DNA from: Auanema rhodensis
Lineage: Eukaryota > Animalia > Nematoda
NCBI GenBank assembly: GCA_964057225.1
Contig: OZ059898.1
Location: 12,524,001-12,588,000 of the forward strand
Length of the DNA stretch: 64,000 nt
Direction of reading: 5' to 3'
Under the pieces are notes generated by a model. The model made no database searches, had not been told where the DNA came from, and saw only the letters and a list, made by a program, of their open reading frames with translations. This document shows positions 1-14,159 of the stretch, piece by piece (position 1 is the stretch's first letter; every line of letters begins with the position of its first letter). A program made the position numbers and the translations under genes.

Positions 1-3
1 TAG

Positions 4-174
4 AAGCAGCCTTGTGTCGTCGTCAAACCTCGCCCTCCCCTCTCCACTCTTTTTTCATTTTGTCATACTATGTCTTCTAGGGCTATAACAATGAAAAAAC
101 TGAACGTTTTCCGAATATTTGTGTTTTCTTTCTAAGCTACACCAGTCGAGAAAGCAGAAGAAGTAACTACATAA
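4..174 (+). CDS. Possible 3' end of a gene entering from the left (partial)
   Basis: Candidate exons 4-21, 81-105 and 137-174 splice to KQPCVVGYNNEKTEPTPVEKAEEVTT*. The last intron would be only 31 nt and no homology was recognised. Confidence 0.25.
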
Positions 175-1105
175 GACCACGGATTTAAGTGATCACGTTA
201 ATCGGCTCCAAGCATCATGTGATAGAAGATAGATGATTGCATACTGATCAAAATATCAAGAAAAAGAACTTATACTTACACGTTCGTGTTTCCAAGCTTC
301 TATATAATGCTCAGCAGTCCGATAGTCGTCATTATCCGTATACTCAGCATTATAGGTTAAATTAAGCAAAACATGAACAGTAGATATTATTAAAAACTGA
401 GCCAAATGAAGAGGGAGCAAGAGAATGATAGAGGGAGAGAGCAAGAGAAAGTAATACAGAAAACTGAAAAATGTCCAAATCCTCCTTATATCTTGTGTTT
501 GTATAGTTAGCATGATTAATAGTACATCCATTAATGGATAATGGCTTAGTGGCTGTACCTAACCATACTAGGTGTGAATACCGTAACCACCAATTTTGGA
601 TAGATTGAGCCATAAGGTGGTAACTGCTCACCTGCGCATCTCAGGTTTCAGTGAGTGATCAGTCAAAAAACACTAAAAGCAAGACAGCACTTGAGAAGAT
701 CTAAGCTGAGCATTCAGTAATTGTTATAAAACTACTATAATCAGAGCATACTACATGACTTTTGACTCGAAATGATTTCTATTCAAGATATTCAAGCATT
801 AAATCCTTGCCGGGACATGATTTTGAAGATTATCCTTTATCTATTAAACTGCTTCCAAACAGCTTTTTCTTGTTGTCTGATTTAAAATAGATAAATAGTC
901 ACAATGTTGAGCATAATTGCCGCCGAAAAAAAAACTTATCCTATTGCACATTTGAGGACCATATCTTAACGACAACTATGATCATGCTGAAGTTGTTTAT
1001 GACCAACAACCAGCTGTTTCTATAGTTTATGACTTCTAGTTTATTTCTTTTTTAGATAATCCTATCATTTATTATAATTTTCAAATTATCTTTTACAACT
1101 GATTA

Positions 1106-1191
1106 TCACGTGTGGTCCACGTGAGTTACGTCGATTGCTATTCATACGTGAGTGCAACATTTTCATTTTCTGCAGTTGAAACAAGCGGTTG
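1106..1191 (+). other. Dispersed bipartite ACGT-cluster/CGGTTG element, copy 1
   Basis: CACGTG, CACGTG, TACGTC, TACGTG, then a T-rich spacer, then TTGAAacaAGCGGTTG. Confidence 0.7.
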
Positions 1192-1306
1192 ATTATCAAT
1201 ATTCATCAACACTATATATCATTTTCCCTCAATTCCTTTCGAAGATCTCTACTCTTTCTTTCGTATATTCTTTTGATCCTCAAGAGTTCTCGTGCTCTCT
1301 CTCTTA

Positions 1307-1310
<4 letters not shown>

Positions 1311-1340
<30 letters not shown>
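1311..1340. repeat. (CT)n microsatellite
   Basis: Directly visible dinucleotide run. Confidence 0.95.
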
Positions 1341-1345
<5 letters not shown>

Positions 1346-1899
1346 TTCGTATTTCATTACCTTCTCTCTGCTCTCTCTTTCTATGTATGCTCCTACTTTT
1401 CATCTTGTCGATATTATCATTCCCCGTACTTTCAAATAGTTTTCCCAAAAAGTTTAAGAATGAAGGCACAGATATGAGAAAAAGTAATCGTGAAAGTACA
1501 AAAATCAGATTAAACTTGAATTAAATGGATGAAAACATATTCTATTTAAGGTATTCAACCTGTTGACAGCTGATTAGGATAGCCCAAAACGAGTGGTGGT
1601 GGGTTTAGCTTTGTAAGGATTCATCCATCTATATTTTCCAAAATAGGAACAGATCAATAGCTAGTAAAAGCTTCAGGATACAATGTTTTCAAACAATTAA
1701 AATGTTTTGTGAAAAATCAATTTAGAAGCTAAATAGAATTGGAATAAAAGCATGTGCTTTCTGATCAGTATGAGGATCGATGTTTTAAAAAAAAAAGATA
1801 GAAGAAAAGGTCAAAACTAATAAAATTTTAATTTTAATTAACTGGTTCTGCTTTAAATTAAGATCTATGATAGTCAATAGTAGAATAGAATATAATTGG

Positions 1900-4830
1900 A
1901 GAAACATACCTAAGGGAGGCTGAGCCTGGGACGTTGTGGCTGTAGGTGATACATCATTCAAGGGTTGGCTGGATGATTCTTCTGAAGCTCCTTCCAGTCT
2001 TTCCAGCATTCTAATGTAACATTTATCATAAATATTAACAAATAAAAATTTTAAAAAAATAATTATGATAATGAAAAATAGCCAGGAAAGGCAAAAAAAG
2101 TTGAAAGTGAGAAGAAAAAAATGAAATTTAAAATCTGGTCAGTGTTCAATAATGATAATAGAATGATGACTTTATCCATGAACTAGTAAAGGAAATGAGA
2201 ACATGCGGAAGTTAATAGATGAATTGATAGATGGACCATTTTAAAAAAGATTTTGATTCAGAAAATAGTAAAAGCCTATTAAACAAAAGCAGAAAGAATT
2301 CATATTTAATACAATTAATCAAGATAATGTACTTTGAAAACATGAAGTAGGAATGATGACAACTGTGGTAATTATTAATTTTCCCACAAAAATAGGTAAA
2401 AACACAAACAACCAACAAGAAAAATACAATTAGATATTGTAAAAACAACTGAATATAGGTGTAGAAAAGATATACCGGATTGACCGTGGCCTCTTGATGA
2501 TCCAGCTGGTCCAGAAACGTGGGCGTTACTTGCTATCAAGAAAGAAGCCATATATGGTGATCAGGATTCATTGAAGGTTGGGATCATTGGAAAAGACAAA
2601 ATAGGAATGTAAAGAGCAGAATGAAACTGTTGTATGCGTCTAGATTGTAGCAAATCAGAGAGATTTAGTTAATGATTCAGATGGAGAAGAGGAACAGTTA
2701 TATCAACATGCATATAATTTATAAGAATTATAGTTTGGAGTTAGTCGATAAATCTGCAGAATCTATCAAAGTCTTGGAACAGTAGAGCTGGTTCGGAAAC
2801 CTACGTAGACTTTGAGTACGTTGGGGTCGTGGAGCAGGCCCCTGGGCCAGAGAAAGCTCCGCCCATTGGCAGGACTAACTGAGCTCCAGCCGCCTATAGC
2901 TAGATCTTGTTCTCCCGCCTCTCTCTCGAATTTATATGATATTTTCACGTCTTGCTCCGTGTTCCTCTTTTGGTGGAGCTTGGCAACAGCAACAAGACTG
3001 AGTGCCTTAGCTTCATTGTGAATACGAGAACGAGAATGGCTTGGTGAAACCAAGTCAACAGCAGAAGGAGTACGGTAAATAGCAGAGAGTAGCAAGAAAA
3101 ACTAAAAAGAGAAAAAAGATAAGAAAGAGAACAAGAGACTCTCTCTCTTTCTCTCTTTCTGACTACATTGGAAAGAGAAGAGAGCATATCCATTACGAAG
3201 ATTAGAAGAAGGCTGTCGAAACAACCAAAAAGCCAACGGCAATCCAGGATCGTTCCCCTCGGCCTCCCCCAACCTCACTCTCTTTTTCTTTTATTTTTCC
3301 TCTGTTTCCCATTTTTCCCTGTCTTTCTCTCCCTATGTATGTTATGCTTTTTCGGGCTTACATGTATTGCATAAAGGGAAAAACTAGCATAAAACAGATC
3401 AATTCGACTTATCCATCAGAAATCGGGTAGAGAATCCAGATGTCCCTGCTTCTCGTCCCGTTAACACTAACTACAAGATTCCTTTATTCAACGTTTCAGC
3501 TAAGTTATACGTTTCGCAATGATATAGCATGATAATATGAATTTGTACCAGATATTTCAAAAATATCACTGAACACCCAAATACTTTTTATTTTCCGATG
3601 AGCCAATTGTGGCTCAAAATACTTACAACAAGCAAGTGCATTCATGCTTTCTTTCTAACTAGCCAATAACTTAAGAAAGCCGTCTCATCTCATCCCTCCC
3701 CTATTTTCCCATCTTTTACCGTATACGGTAATTAGTAAATGTTTCGTGCTTAAATGGCTCAGTTAACTATATGAGCTTATAATTCCTGAACAAATTAGCC
3801 CATATTCTTCAATGTTATCAAAATTTTATTTACATTTAGGCAATACCTTGCTATATCCTTTACTCTTAATTCAAGAAATATCATAAAAACTCTTATATGT
3901 CTATGCAACATGACTTAGTTTGGCTATTAAGAAATGAATCGGATGAGTGACTTAAAATGTTTGGAACCAACAATTTGGACCAAACGACCAGATAATTTCA
4001 GGTTATAGCTTGCAGTCTGGTGAGCAATGTGGTGATTCTTCCTTCCTTAAAAGCCTATGACATACATTTCTCAATTTAACTGATACCATCTGCTCATTTG
4101 CAAGGCTTTCACTTCTCAGTCTGACTACTCGTTCGCGCATTTGCCACCAGTTTTTAGTGGCCATAACCGGAGAAAGAGTCAGATAGAACGAAAAACAGCC
4201 AGTAAGAGATAGAGATTTTATGTATGCAGATGTGAGACGCACAAAGAAAGAGAGACCGTAGCTCTTACTGCCGATGCGGTCATACAGCAGCAGCATGTTC
4301 CATCATGACCTCTCCTCGTCATTTTCCCTCATTTACGTACACTTGCAGCAATTATATAATGAAAATGACATGACATGACTCGCTGTCTGTCGTCTTCTGC
4401 TTCATATCGTCGACATGCTGTCCAGATCATCTTGGAAGACGTCGTCGACTACACGACGAAGAATATGACGATGTCTGTTGCTTCAAATATGGACCACCAT
4501 CTCTGCGTCATGTCATCATCCATTATTCCTTACTCACCCAGAGCCCATTGTCAAGCATATTTCAATTATCTTAACTGTCTGAAACATGCTCGAACAGCTT
4601 TCCAAATGTATTACTGTAATTGAAGTACTACTAGAAGTTAACTGATGAACCTAGTGAGAAAGAATATCAATTCAGCAATTGATGATCAATCTGAATCATG
4701 TTGTCAACAAGTTGATAAATCTCAAGATATAGCCAGATCATCCCGGTTTGTGATGCTTTCATCGGGCATTCCTGAATTGTCTCAGGTGAAAGAAGAAAAA
4801 ATCATGGTCTGTTATTGTAATTTGTTGTAG
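1900..4830 (-). mobile_element. Possible heavily degraded retroelement-derived region
   Basis: GC-richer patches with broken reading frames. ORF 4003-4296 ends in VKLRNVCHRLLRKEESPHCSPDC, loosely like a decayed Gag zinc knuckle. No intact RT or integrase motifs and no LTRs were seen. Confidence 0.2.
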
Positions 4831-5951
4831 ATATTTGTATTTAAATTTGAATTTATTGAATATTTGCCACTTTTTGATGATTTCATAGCTATTTTCTGTG
4901 TTCTAGAGTACATAATACCGTAATCCTCATTGTGTTTTCCTATCTATTTATGACAACTAACGAAGAAGAACTCAAGTAAAAAGCGAAAACTGAATAAACG
5001 CAGGATTCTTTGACGTTTTCAGCATGTCAGCGTTGTGATCCTCATCGTCATTCCAGTACTACATTCTGTTTTCTATGTCTATTCGTACTGTTGTTTTCTG
5101 ATAAATTGAAGAAGAGACAGGACGAGGGAATAGAGAAAGTAGAGGGGGGGGGGGGGTGGGGTTGACGACAACGACGAAGAAGAAGAAGAAGAGAAGAATT
5201 CAAAGGCTGAGCAATGCCGTCTTCGTTCGTCTAAGAAGAAGAAAAAGAAGAAGAAGAAGGGATGCAAACGGAATAATTCATTCGAGACACAAATTAATAA
5301 CCGACGGATAGCAAAATAGAAATGAATTATAGATGAGATACGGAGATGACATTGTGCGACGATCCGTCTACAAGCCTGTTAGGAGGATACCATGAAATAG
5401 CGATACTGACATACAAGTAAATGGCAAGCTAGATACGTTGATTTCAAAGTTAAAATAGAAAGCAAGTTGGTAGTGTGATACGTTATAAGGGATAAGCTGA
5501 AAACCTTTTTTGTTCTCTCTTTGAAATGACAAAGAAAAGAACAGAAAGATTTTTCTAAAAGACTCGACTGACAGAGGGAAGAAGAAGAAAGGGAAGTATC
5601 AACTAGATAACATAACAGATTAATTTCTAAGTATTTTGTGTGAGGAAAAAAACATTGGAGCAGTTAAGCTCAGAATTTGTGTTAAAAATCCGATAACAAG
5701 ATGTTTCGTGTTAGAAAAGATATACTAATAATGGATTTTTTTTAAGATGCTTTTCCTACGAAGAAAGCAGCAATTACAGCTTGACCTTACAGATTGAATC
5801 CATCTCTGCGAGTGAGATATACGAATCAGAGATATGCTAATTATATAGTATATATACTATACTATATATACTATACTATATATATATATAATACTAATTT
5901 TCTATATGGACATACAGAATACTGATCTTCATGAAGGATATTGACGTTTAG

Positions 5952-8900
5952 GCAGATCACAACCGTTACGTGCAACTAGTGTGTCAGCTGAGAGCAGCAT
6001 TGTAAGTTGCGATACTGAAGCCAGATGTATTCCTTCTATGCCTCAGGATTTTATTTCCCTTTTAAGCATGGTTTATGACTTACTGGATATCCTCGTAAAC
6101 TTGTCATTTACTATTGATTTTACGAGACAAAATGAATGTTAACTTCAACTTTTAGTTCCACAGGAGAGGGCTCCTTCAATTTTCTTGCCGAAAATTCTAG
6201 TATTTTACCGATATGTCTGATAGATCTGACAATAAATGAAAGAAAAAAGTTATATGACAATTGAATGATATAGTGAAACCAATGTGTGGAAATGTGAAAT
6301 ACATATGTTCCGCTGATATAAGCTTGGCTGACGTTCGACATGCTGACGTATGGTCACATTTGGCATTAAACATACACAAACTTCTCTTTCTAAAACTTCT
6401 ATTTTCAGTGGAAATTCACACCTAAAAAGCGTCTTTCAACCTGGAACTTCAGATTTTTTTTTGACCTCGACTATGAACCTCATCTCTACAAGAATGTACC
6501 GCCTTCCCTATTGTGCCTTCGAGCGTGTCCTTCTCTTTTCTTCTTCTACCTCGTGTTAACACTTCAAGACAATTCTTCCATCGTCCTGTCTTGTTTCTAT
6601 ACTTTAGGCCACTTTGATTTTGCGGAATTAGGTTCAGCGTATACGTGTGATAACAACTGATCTTAATCTGATAATATTTAACCAAGTTTACCGTTTCGGA
6701 ACAACGTAGATCGACAAACAACAGCAACAACAACAAGGCCTAAGCGACTAAGAAGAAGAAGAAGAAGAAGAAGAAGATCTATCTGTCTTCCAATTTGCTT
6801 TGATTGTGTGTGTATTGGGGTGCCTGATGATCATCACTATCATCAGTTAGATTACATATCATAAATGCTATTCTATTTGATCTTCATTACTATATTCATC
6901 CATTCATATTCTCTCAATTGGAAAGCAGTAAATGTGGGTTTTTTTACGTTTTTTCTTTCTTTCTGAACAGCGTACACTTCCAATCGCATTCCTATTCTGT
7001 TATTATAGTTTGAAATTTTTTTTCTACATTTTGTTCTCATCAACGTTTGTTGATTTTCAGTTAGAAAATCAGACTGTATACGAATTTGATTCCGAACATG
7101 CACCTCCAACAAACATATTACGTCTTCGTATTAATGTGACTCATGTAGAAACTGAGAAGTAATATTTTTTATTTTAGTTTTTTGATGTTTCGTTTTTTTT
7201 TCTAAAACAGGAAGAACTCTACCACATAACACGAAAAATATTTATTTTAAGAGCTCCAAATGATCCATTGATTGTGTATATTGTTCGTTTACGTTGGAAA
7301 ACACCTCATAGATGGAATGAAAATACGGATAATAAAACATATGATCTTATATGTGAGCTTCAAGATCATCTACGTGAAAAGGTATTTCTATGTGTTAAAT
7401 AGCATATTACCTAAAAGATTATCTTGATATCAGGGTGTGACCATCATTGATCGTTCGGTTTCGAGTGAAGTTAATGGACTTGATGAACGATTTTCACTTC
7501 CCTCTTCGCTTTTTTCGCTGATTTGCGCTGTTCGACCACGGAATGCTCGTTACGCCGCTAGCTGGACGTTAGTTTTGCTGATGAAAATCAGTTTTACTAA
7601 TGACTAAAAAAGATTAAGGAAAACGGCCTGAAAACGACGTTATTTCAGATATTCTAAATTAGTCACAATTGACAGTTCTCAAAATGATGATGTCCAACAG
7701 ACTACTGAAAGTTCCGTTGTTGACGACATTGACACTGACCGTGATGTTGATGATGACAGTGAATCAGCTGAGCATGATAGTAATCCATTAGCTGGTGTAA
7801 CTATCATGAAACAACACATTGCCAATATTGACGATAGACAGTTTTTCACTTCTAATAGTAGTAATGAAACCGATACAGCGTCTGATGACAGCAAAAAAAG
7901 TCTCTTGGAGCTATTAAAAATGTCAAAACTTATTCTGATTGAAGATGGTCAACCGATTAGGTATGTGTTTCCTTGTTAAACCAGTTGAACTCTTCACATT
8001 ACGTCATTTTTCAGATCGAGGCCAACAGGCTTGACAATTGAAGTGAAGCCAGACATTCCATTAGATGGGCCACCATTTTTTTCACAGAAAATGCAACTTC
8101 AAATAGGAAAATCATCAGAGAACAGAGACATTACCGAACTATTGTTAAAGAACGATACTTCGATAGATATGATGAATAGCTCTAGTAATAGTTCAGAAAT
8201 CAGTGATGAGCAAACACAAAACAGTACCGTAAACTTGAATGGTGAAAGAAATAATTCATCGGAAGAAAAAAGTTCAGAAGAGGTATTTATAACTCAATTA
8301 GATGCTATAAAGACTGCCATGAACGCTACTAGTGCTGAAGTATTAGATGAACAGGGAAGCAATTCAAGCGAAGTTGTCAGTGTTCAACAAGAATTATTGA
8401 AGTCACCAGCTTTGGACTTATCAGATATAGCAGAAATCGCAGAAGCAGAAAATGTAACACAGTCTACTGATTCTATTAATACGGATAATGCTACTGATGA
8501 AAATGAGCACATAGGACAAGATTCTGATGGAATGGATAATACTGGTTTCACGTTTGAAAGTAAAGATATTGAGAATGAAGAGGACGACTCTGTAACGGGA
8601 ATGCCTCTGAATCTCGAAGAAGAAGCAGGAGATCATGTTATCTATAACAGCTCAGAGAACATAGAAGATACACTTTTAGCCAACTCTACAAGCTCATCAG
8701 AAGATCATCAAGATGAAGTGAACGAAAAGGGCATGAATATTAGTGCTAGTACTGAAAATTTCGACGGTGGATCAGAAGATATCGCAGGACAAACTACAGA
8801 ACAGATTGAAAATCCTGTCGATTCTATTGAGAGAACAACAACAGTTATAGGATTAGAGCAACGCCAACAAATACAAAACAGAGATAAAGATATTCTTTTA

Positions 8901-9180
8901 TCTGTTCCACGATCAGAACAGAAACAACTTTCTGGTGAAGAAATCCCAGAATTTCCAGAAAACACAGAAGACACAGAGGAAACAACAAAACAATCCACAC
9001 AGGTATGCATCAAAGAACACTTCTCTCTTTTTCAAATATTTGTATTTGAAGGTGATAGCTGATTATGATAATTTGGAATCGGAACTCCGTGCCGCCATCG
9101 GCGCTGATGAAGAAAATCTTGAGAGATTGAAGGAACTTTTCAGCGGAGGATTCCCTGAAGGACTTTTACGTGTTTTGTAA
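5952..9180 (+). CDS. Uncharacterised multi-exon protein with a long acidic Ser/Thr/Asn-rich C-terminal region (5' end uncertain)
   Basis: GT-AG exon chain: 7061-~7144, 7211-7381 (EELYHITRKIF...LREK), 7434-~7567, 7649-~7959, 8015-9003 (contains the 343-aa ORF) and 9052-9180 ending in TAA, with AATAAA near 9299. Probable upstream exons lie near 5952-6001, 6067-6094, 6273-6347 and 6409-6496; the start codon was not resolved. Confidence 0.7.
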
Positions 9181-9698
9181 AAAAAATGTATTATAACTAT
9201 ACTTGAAATCTATTATAACAGTATTCAAATAGAAATACTGATAATTAATTAATTGAATTTATTCTGAGAAAACCGACCGCACAGCACATGCATTCAAAAA
9301 TAAAATAATTTTCATGTGCACCCACTTTACTATAATCTCACCGCTCATGGGATAAACCTGTTCAATAAGCATGTAAAGGATACAAATTTGAATGAAATAT
9401 GTATTTTTTGCTTTAATACTGTGATAAAATATTTTATATACATTGTATTTACTGTTTTTTGTTTTATTTTTATTATTTTTCAAATTTTATTAACATACAG
9501 TAATATTTAAAAGGCGACCTCTGAATACAGCGTAGAGGCTAATTTAGTGCATGCTGTTTAGCAGCAGATGTGCAAACATAGCGTTCATTTTTAAAAAATT
9601 TGCCATATGCTTCGTATGACCTGGCTTTATATAATGATGTGTGATAATACATATCCTTTTTTAACTCTTAAAGTGTAGCTATTTCGATAATTATTATG

Positions 9699-9704
9699 TT
9701 TCAG
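9699..9704 (+). promoter_or_regulatory. Probable SL trans-splice acceptor (TTTCAG) 1 nt before the ATG
   Basis: TTTCAG-A-ATG with no obvious upstream exon. Confidence 0.6.
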
Positions 9705-9705
9705 A

Positions 9706-11059
9706 ATGTCGGATTCTCGCAGAAAACGATCTCGTTCGAGATCGCCAAACCGATCTTCGGCGAAAAGCGGAGGTCCTGTTAATATGCTCGATCCTTCGGC
9801 TCTAGCTGCAATTACAGGTATATATTTAAGCATGTATTATACATACATAATTTTTAAATTTACAGCAAAACGCGAGAAAAGACCTAGACACGAAAATGTG
9901 AGTTTTATTTTTTTTATATCCCAAACTATCAATCCGCTTTTGTCCATTTTATATATTTGAACTATTTGGGACTTCTTCTAATATTCAGATTCCTTGTCGT
10001 GCTTTAAAATACGTGTGAATTGATTTATAGAGTTCTTCCAATCCAAACCATGACCGCGACAGAGGATATCACAATGACCGGTTAGTTTCAATTTTTGTAA
10101 ATTCTTATAGTTTAACATTTTGTAGAGGAAATGGACGAAATTACAATGGAGGACGATATGAAGGTAGAAAAAGTTTTCCTGAAAATAAAAATAGAAGGTA
10201 GTTTTCAAATTGTTATCCTTTTAACTAAATACTTTTCAGAGGAATTCGTAGTCGTCTCTCTTTTTCAAATGACCGCAGACGTGAAAACACAGAAGAGAAA
10301 AAGAATGGTTCTCTCTTTTGTTTATTTTTGTAAATTTATTTTTTGATTTTAGGCTCGTTCAGAGATAATGAGCATAAGCCAGTACAAGTTTTAGTTGACC
10401 CTACTGCTGTACCTCGAGCTAGAGCCTTCTTTACTGTTGGGTTTTCTTTTTTTAAGAGTATTTTAACAATCAATTTGCAGCATGACGACAGAGGTGGTAA
10501 CGATGATCAATGGAGAGGTAAAAGCGCTTATGATCCAAGAATTGATTTTGGTCCTCGTCGTGATAGACGTGGAGATACTTATGGCTACCGTCGCAATGAT
10601 CACAGAGGAAGAAATGATAGAGATTGGAATAACAGAGACAGAGAATGGAGTAATAGAGACAGAGATTATAACAGAGACAGAGTAACTTTTTGTTCTTTCA
10701 ATTTGTAAAGTGTTTATTTCAAAATTTCAGAGCAGGAATAACCGGAGTCAAAGAGAACCTTCAAAGGCTGATGGAGTATGGACTCATGACTTGTTTGATT
10801 CGGTACTATCTAAACGAACTTTTGAAGAAATTCATGTGCTTGTAGGCTGAGAAGTCTGTGGAGGAAAAAAAAGAAGAGGAGGGCACTAAGCAAGAGGAAG
10901 ACCGTGATCAAGATCAAGATCGACAAGATGCTGAATCTCATGACAGTGATACTCATGATAGTGATCATGATGATGATGATGGTAAAGATGTAAGCTAATA
11001 ATACGATTTATACGATCATATTTTGAGTTATAATATTTCAGGGTAACTCAGAGCATTAA
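9706..11059 (+). CDS. RS/RD-rich RNA-binding protein with a Btz (CASC3/Barentsz SELOR-like) motif pair
   Basis: Ten exons in consistent phase: 9706-9817, 9866-9897, 10031-10080, 10126-10197, 10240-10307, 10352-10436, 10481-10682, 10731-10802, 10846-10990, 11042-11059. N-terminal RSRSRSP; DPTAVPRARAFFT|HDDRG and ADGVWTHDLFD match the P-x-x-x-x-F-x-HDDR ... W-x-HD-x-F signature of Btz-type domains; acidic tail. Confidence 0.8.
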
Positions 11060-14000
11060 TTTCTCCGATTAGTATGTTATTTTTATTCTTAATGATGATC
11101 TTTTGATGTACCATTCCCTAATAAGTTTTTGTTGTTTTCATAAATCTATTGGTTTGGATTTCCTCTGTTATATTTTTAACGTTTCACATCACTGGGTACT
11201 AACCAAGTATTATTTAAAAACTTTATTTCGACTAATTCTACGTATAAGCGACATCGACGCTTGATCTTTCTTCACAAATCCTGTAGTCCTAATGGCGACT
11301 TATGAGGTGGTTTACGTTATCCAGGATATTGTCTGTGTCGACGTCTAAAGTATTAATCATATTATCAAGTCTGATCATAAGATATTCTACTAGTAAGAAA
11401 ACGATAAACTCACTTATGAAAAGCTTTTGTGGCTGAATTTTGCTGAACTGATTATCGACTAAACGGACAGATTCCGTAAAAGCAGCGAAAGTTGTTGCGG
11501 CTACTCCTAATGGTTTAGATCTGCTCTGTAATTTACTTTAGTGAATTCCTGATCAAAGAATAGACACAGATAGTTTCCTTGGTGATATCTGTTATTTCAA
11601 CTCACTTTTTCTTGTTCTACGCAAGTTCTGAGGTGCTTGCTGTGCATAGCGTTACTCATAAAAGGAATGGCGGACATCTAAACATTGGGAATTTACTTAA
11701 ATTCATAAGTTCTCCACTGCCTCATTTCTGTCTTCAAGTTCAAGTTGATCATTTTGTCTCCAAAATTGGATATTTAACAAAAGCATCGTATGATTTGCGC
11801 TCGTTTCATTTTTCTCGTTATTCTATCGAATTGAAGCGATAAATTGATCATGATCGCTCTTCGACATGAACCCCTTTTTCAACTTTTTCTTCATGGCTGG
11901 TTATCGATGATGGACGAAAAAGACAATCAAATGTGACTTTCTTTCTTAGTGTAATATACATCTTCAGTTGTTGTTTTGTTCGTACTGTTTCTGATTTTAC
12001 CTTCTTTGGGTCATCTCTTACATTCTTTCGAAACTTCGACAGCTCTTTGAAACAATTTTTTCGAAAATATCAAAGATCAACCTTTAAAGAACTCGAAGCT
12101 CAGAAGTAAGTGTAGAGAAATAGGTTAGCGTGGATTAGAAAACTTACGATTTAAAAAAAGTAGTGATTCAACAGGCTAGGTGCGCAGTAGCAACACGAAT
12201 AGTTAGTTCACAGACTCCGAAACAGATAACGGATGTGGAGATCCAATCAGAGCAGATAGATTGAGCGATAGGTGAATATGCGGGTCGAGCAGAAGCTTCT
12301 AAAAATATTTTGATTATATATGCTCAGGATCCATGTTTTTTTCCGTGCAGAGCCGACTTATGCGATTGCTATGTACGATCAGAATTCGGAAGCTTACCGG
12401 AAGACAGTTTTGCTGAATGTGGTGAGCTGTGTCTCTTTTCGAGGCTAACTAGCATAGTACGAAAACACGATATCCCATGCAGATGCGGGCGTTGGCCAGC
12501 TGAGTTTAATGGTAAAGGTACGACTGTTCGTTGTTACCCCCTTATATGGGCTGCGTCTGCTAGTGGGCGGGGCACTTAGGGTGGCCCTGTGGGTTCTCCC
12601 GTACCTTTGCTATTGGCCTGCGTGGCGTTGCTTGATAGTATAAACGATCAGAAGTCGTTCAATCAATAGTTATTTCGTTATTGTCATGATGGGCTTCAAC
12701 ATGTTGAGTTATGATATACGACAAGCTTATTATAAGAAGAGATAGATGATATGATTCTAAACAAAGAAAAATCAATAAAAATTAGGCATGTCCGTATCAG
12801 AATTTCGCTTTGCCCTTCTTGTCTTCACAAGCTGGTAATTGAATACGGTGCAGAGATGAAAGATATTGTTATAGCTAGCTCCTTCTTATCATCTATGTAA
12901 TTCTTTATTCTTATAGGGTATTCTCGGTTTTTAAGTTAACATGTGTTCGTTGGAGATGAGAAGTCATGTATGCATTCAATCAACATTTCTTTTCATTAAT
13001 TGATATTCTCTTGATCTTATTGTGAAATTGATCATTTCATCTTACTCTTGGTTTTTCAAAGAGTGCAAAACGGACAGTACAGCGTACAATCATGCTATTG
13101 CTTGAATTGTTGTATGAAATTCTCCACAATCTGCGCAAGTCCTTATGAGAGTTATGCACCCTAGTTCCACTTCGACATCTCCCCTACTACAATCAAACAC
13201 ATAAATTTTCTTGTTTCAACTTCAGACATGTTTTCTTATTTACCCTCCTGATGACAGCCTACTCTCTTTGCGGGATTTATTATTTTGTCTAATGTTTCAA
13301 CCATCATTCCATTATTTAGGTATTCCGTTAGTGTGATAGGGGCCTCTCATGGTTTCCATTAGCCAACTTTACCAGGTTGTTTGTTATCCACTTGCTATTG
13401 CCAATAGTTTCCGAAACTGAACTGATAAATGTTGGCAGTGAAAACTTTTTTTCAAAATTTCTGTAGGCACGTCGTCACATTCTTTAACAAATCATACCAA
13501 GTTGTTTTTCTTTCTCCAAAATTTGAGCGAACTTTGCCCTTTCCCAGAGGGTCCAGCTGGTCAATGTTATGCCGAGAACATGTGATTTTTCTTAGAAAAT
13601 ATGTTTTATAAATCATTGATAAACCGGTTACAGTAACGCCGATGTCTTTGCGCTTCTTCGGAGTACCGAAAAATGTGTTAAGTTCTACTAAAACATACGG
13701 TTATAACTTGATTGCTTAACTGTTCATTGCCTCGTCTAGTAATAATAAGAGAGGAACGGACGATCATTGCTTTACGTTTTCTATTAGATATTTTATATAC
13801 ATATACGTAATTATATATGTAATATGTAATTGTTACAATGCTTCTTGTTTTCATTGGCTAGGACTGCAAACTTGAATCTGTGGGGATGATGATGAAGAAG
13901 AAGAAAATGAATAGACGCTAGAAGAAAAGGCAACATGAGCAATTTCAAACATCCCATTTCCATGTTTGAAACACTTCTCTCACTTCATTCTTTACATGTG

Positions 14001-14159
14001 CTTTAAATAGAACAAAGAAAACAAAAATTACTTCCATAACTCTAACCAGTAAGTATGGTGTGAAGTCTGTTTACTGAAGCATCAAGTAACATCAATAACA
14101 AACTTGTACATAGCCTAGACTAGACTAATAGATGTTTTACTCATTTTTCTGTCGGTAAC

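Noticed and set aside
1152-1524. ORFs with SLSLSL/RERERE runs, here and near 24.7, 33.0, 43.6, 46.8, 49.4, 50.3 and 52.4 kb
   Set aside because: Artefacts of (GA/CT)n microsatellites, which lack stop codons.
5459-5500. Apparent non-canonical GA splice donor
   Set aside because: Canonical GT donors are available nearby and the exon itself is unverified.
11300-13700. GC-richer intergenic block, possibly a gene or TE
   Set aside because: No consistent exon chain or recognisable transposon motif; left unannotated.
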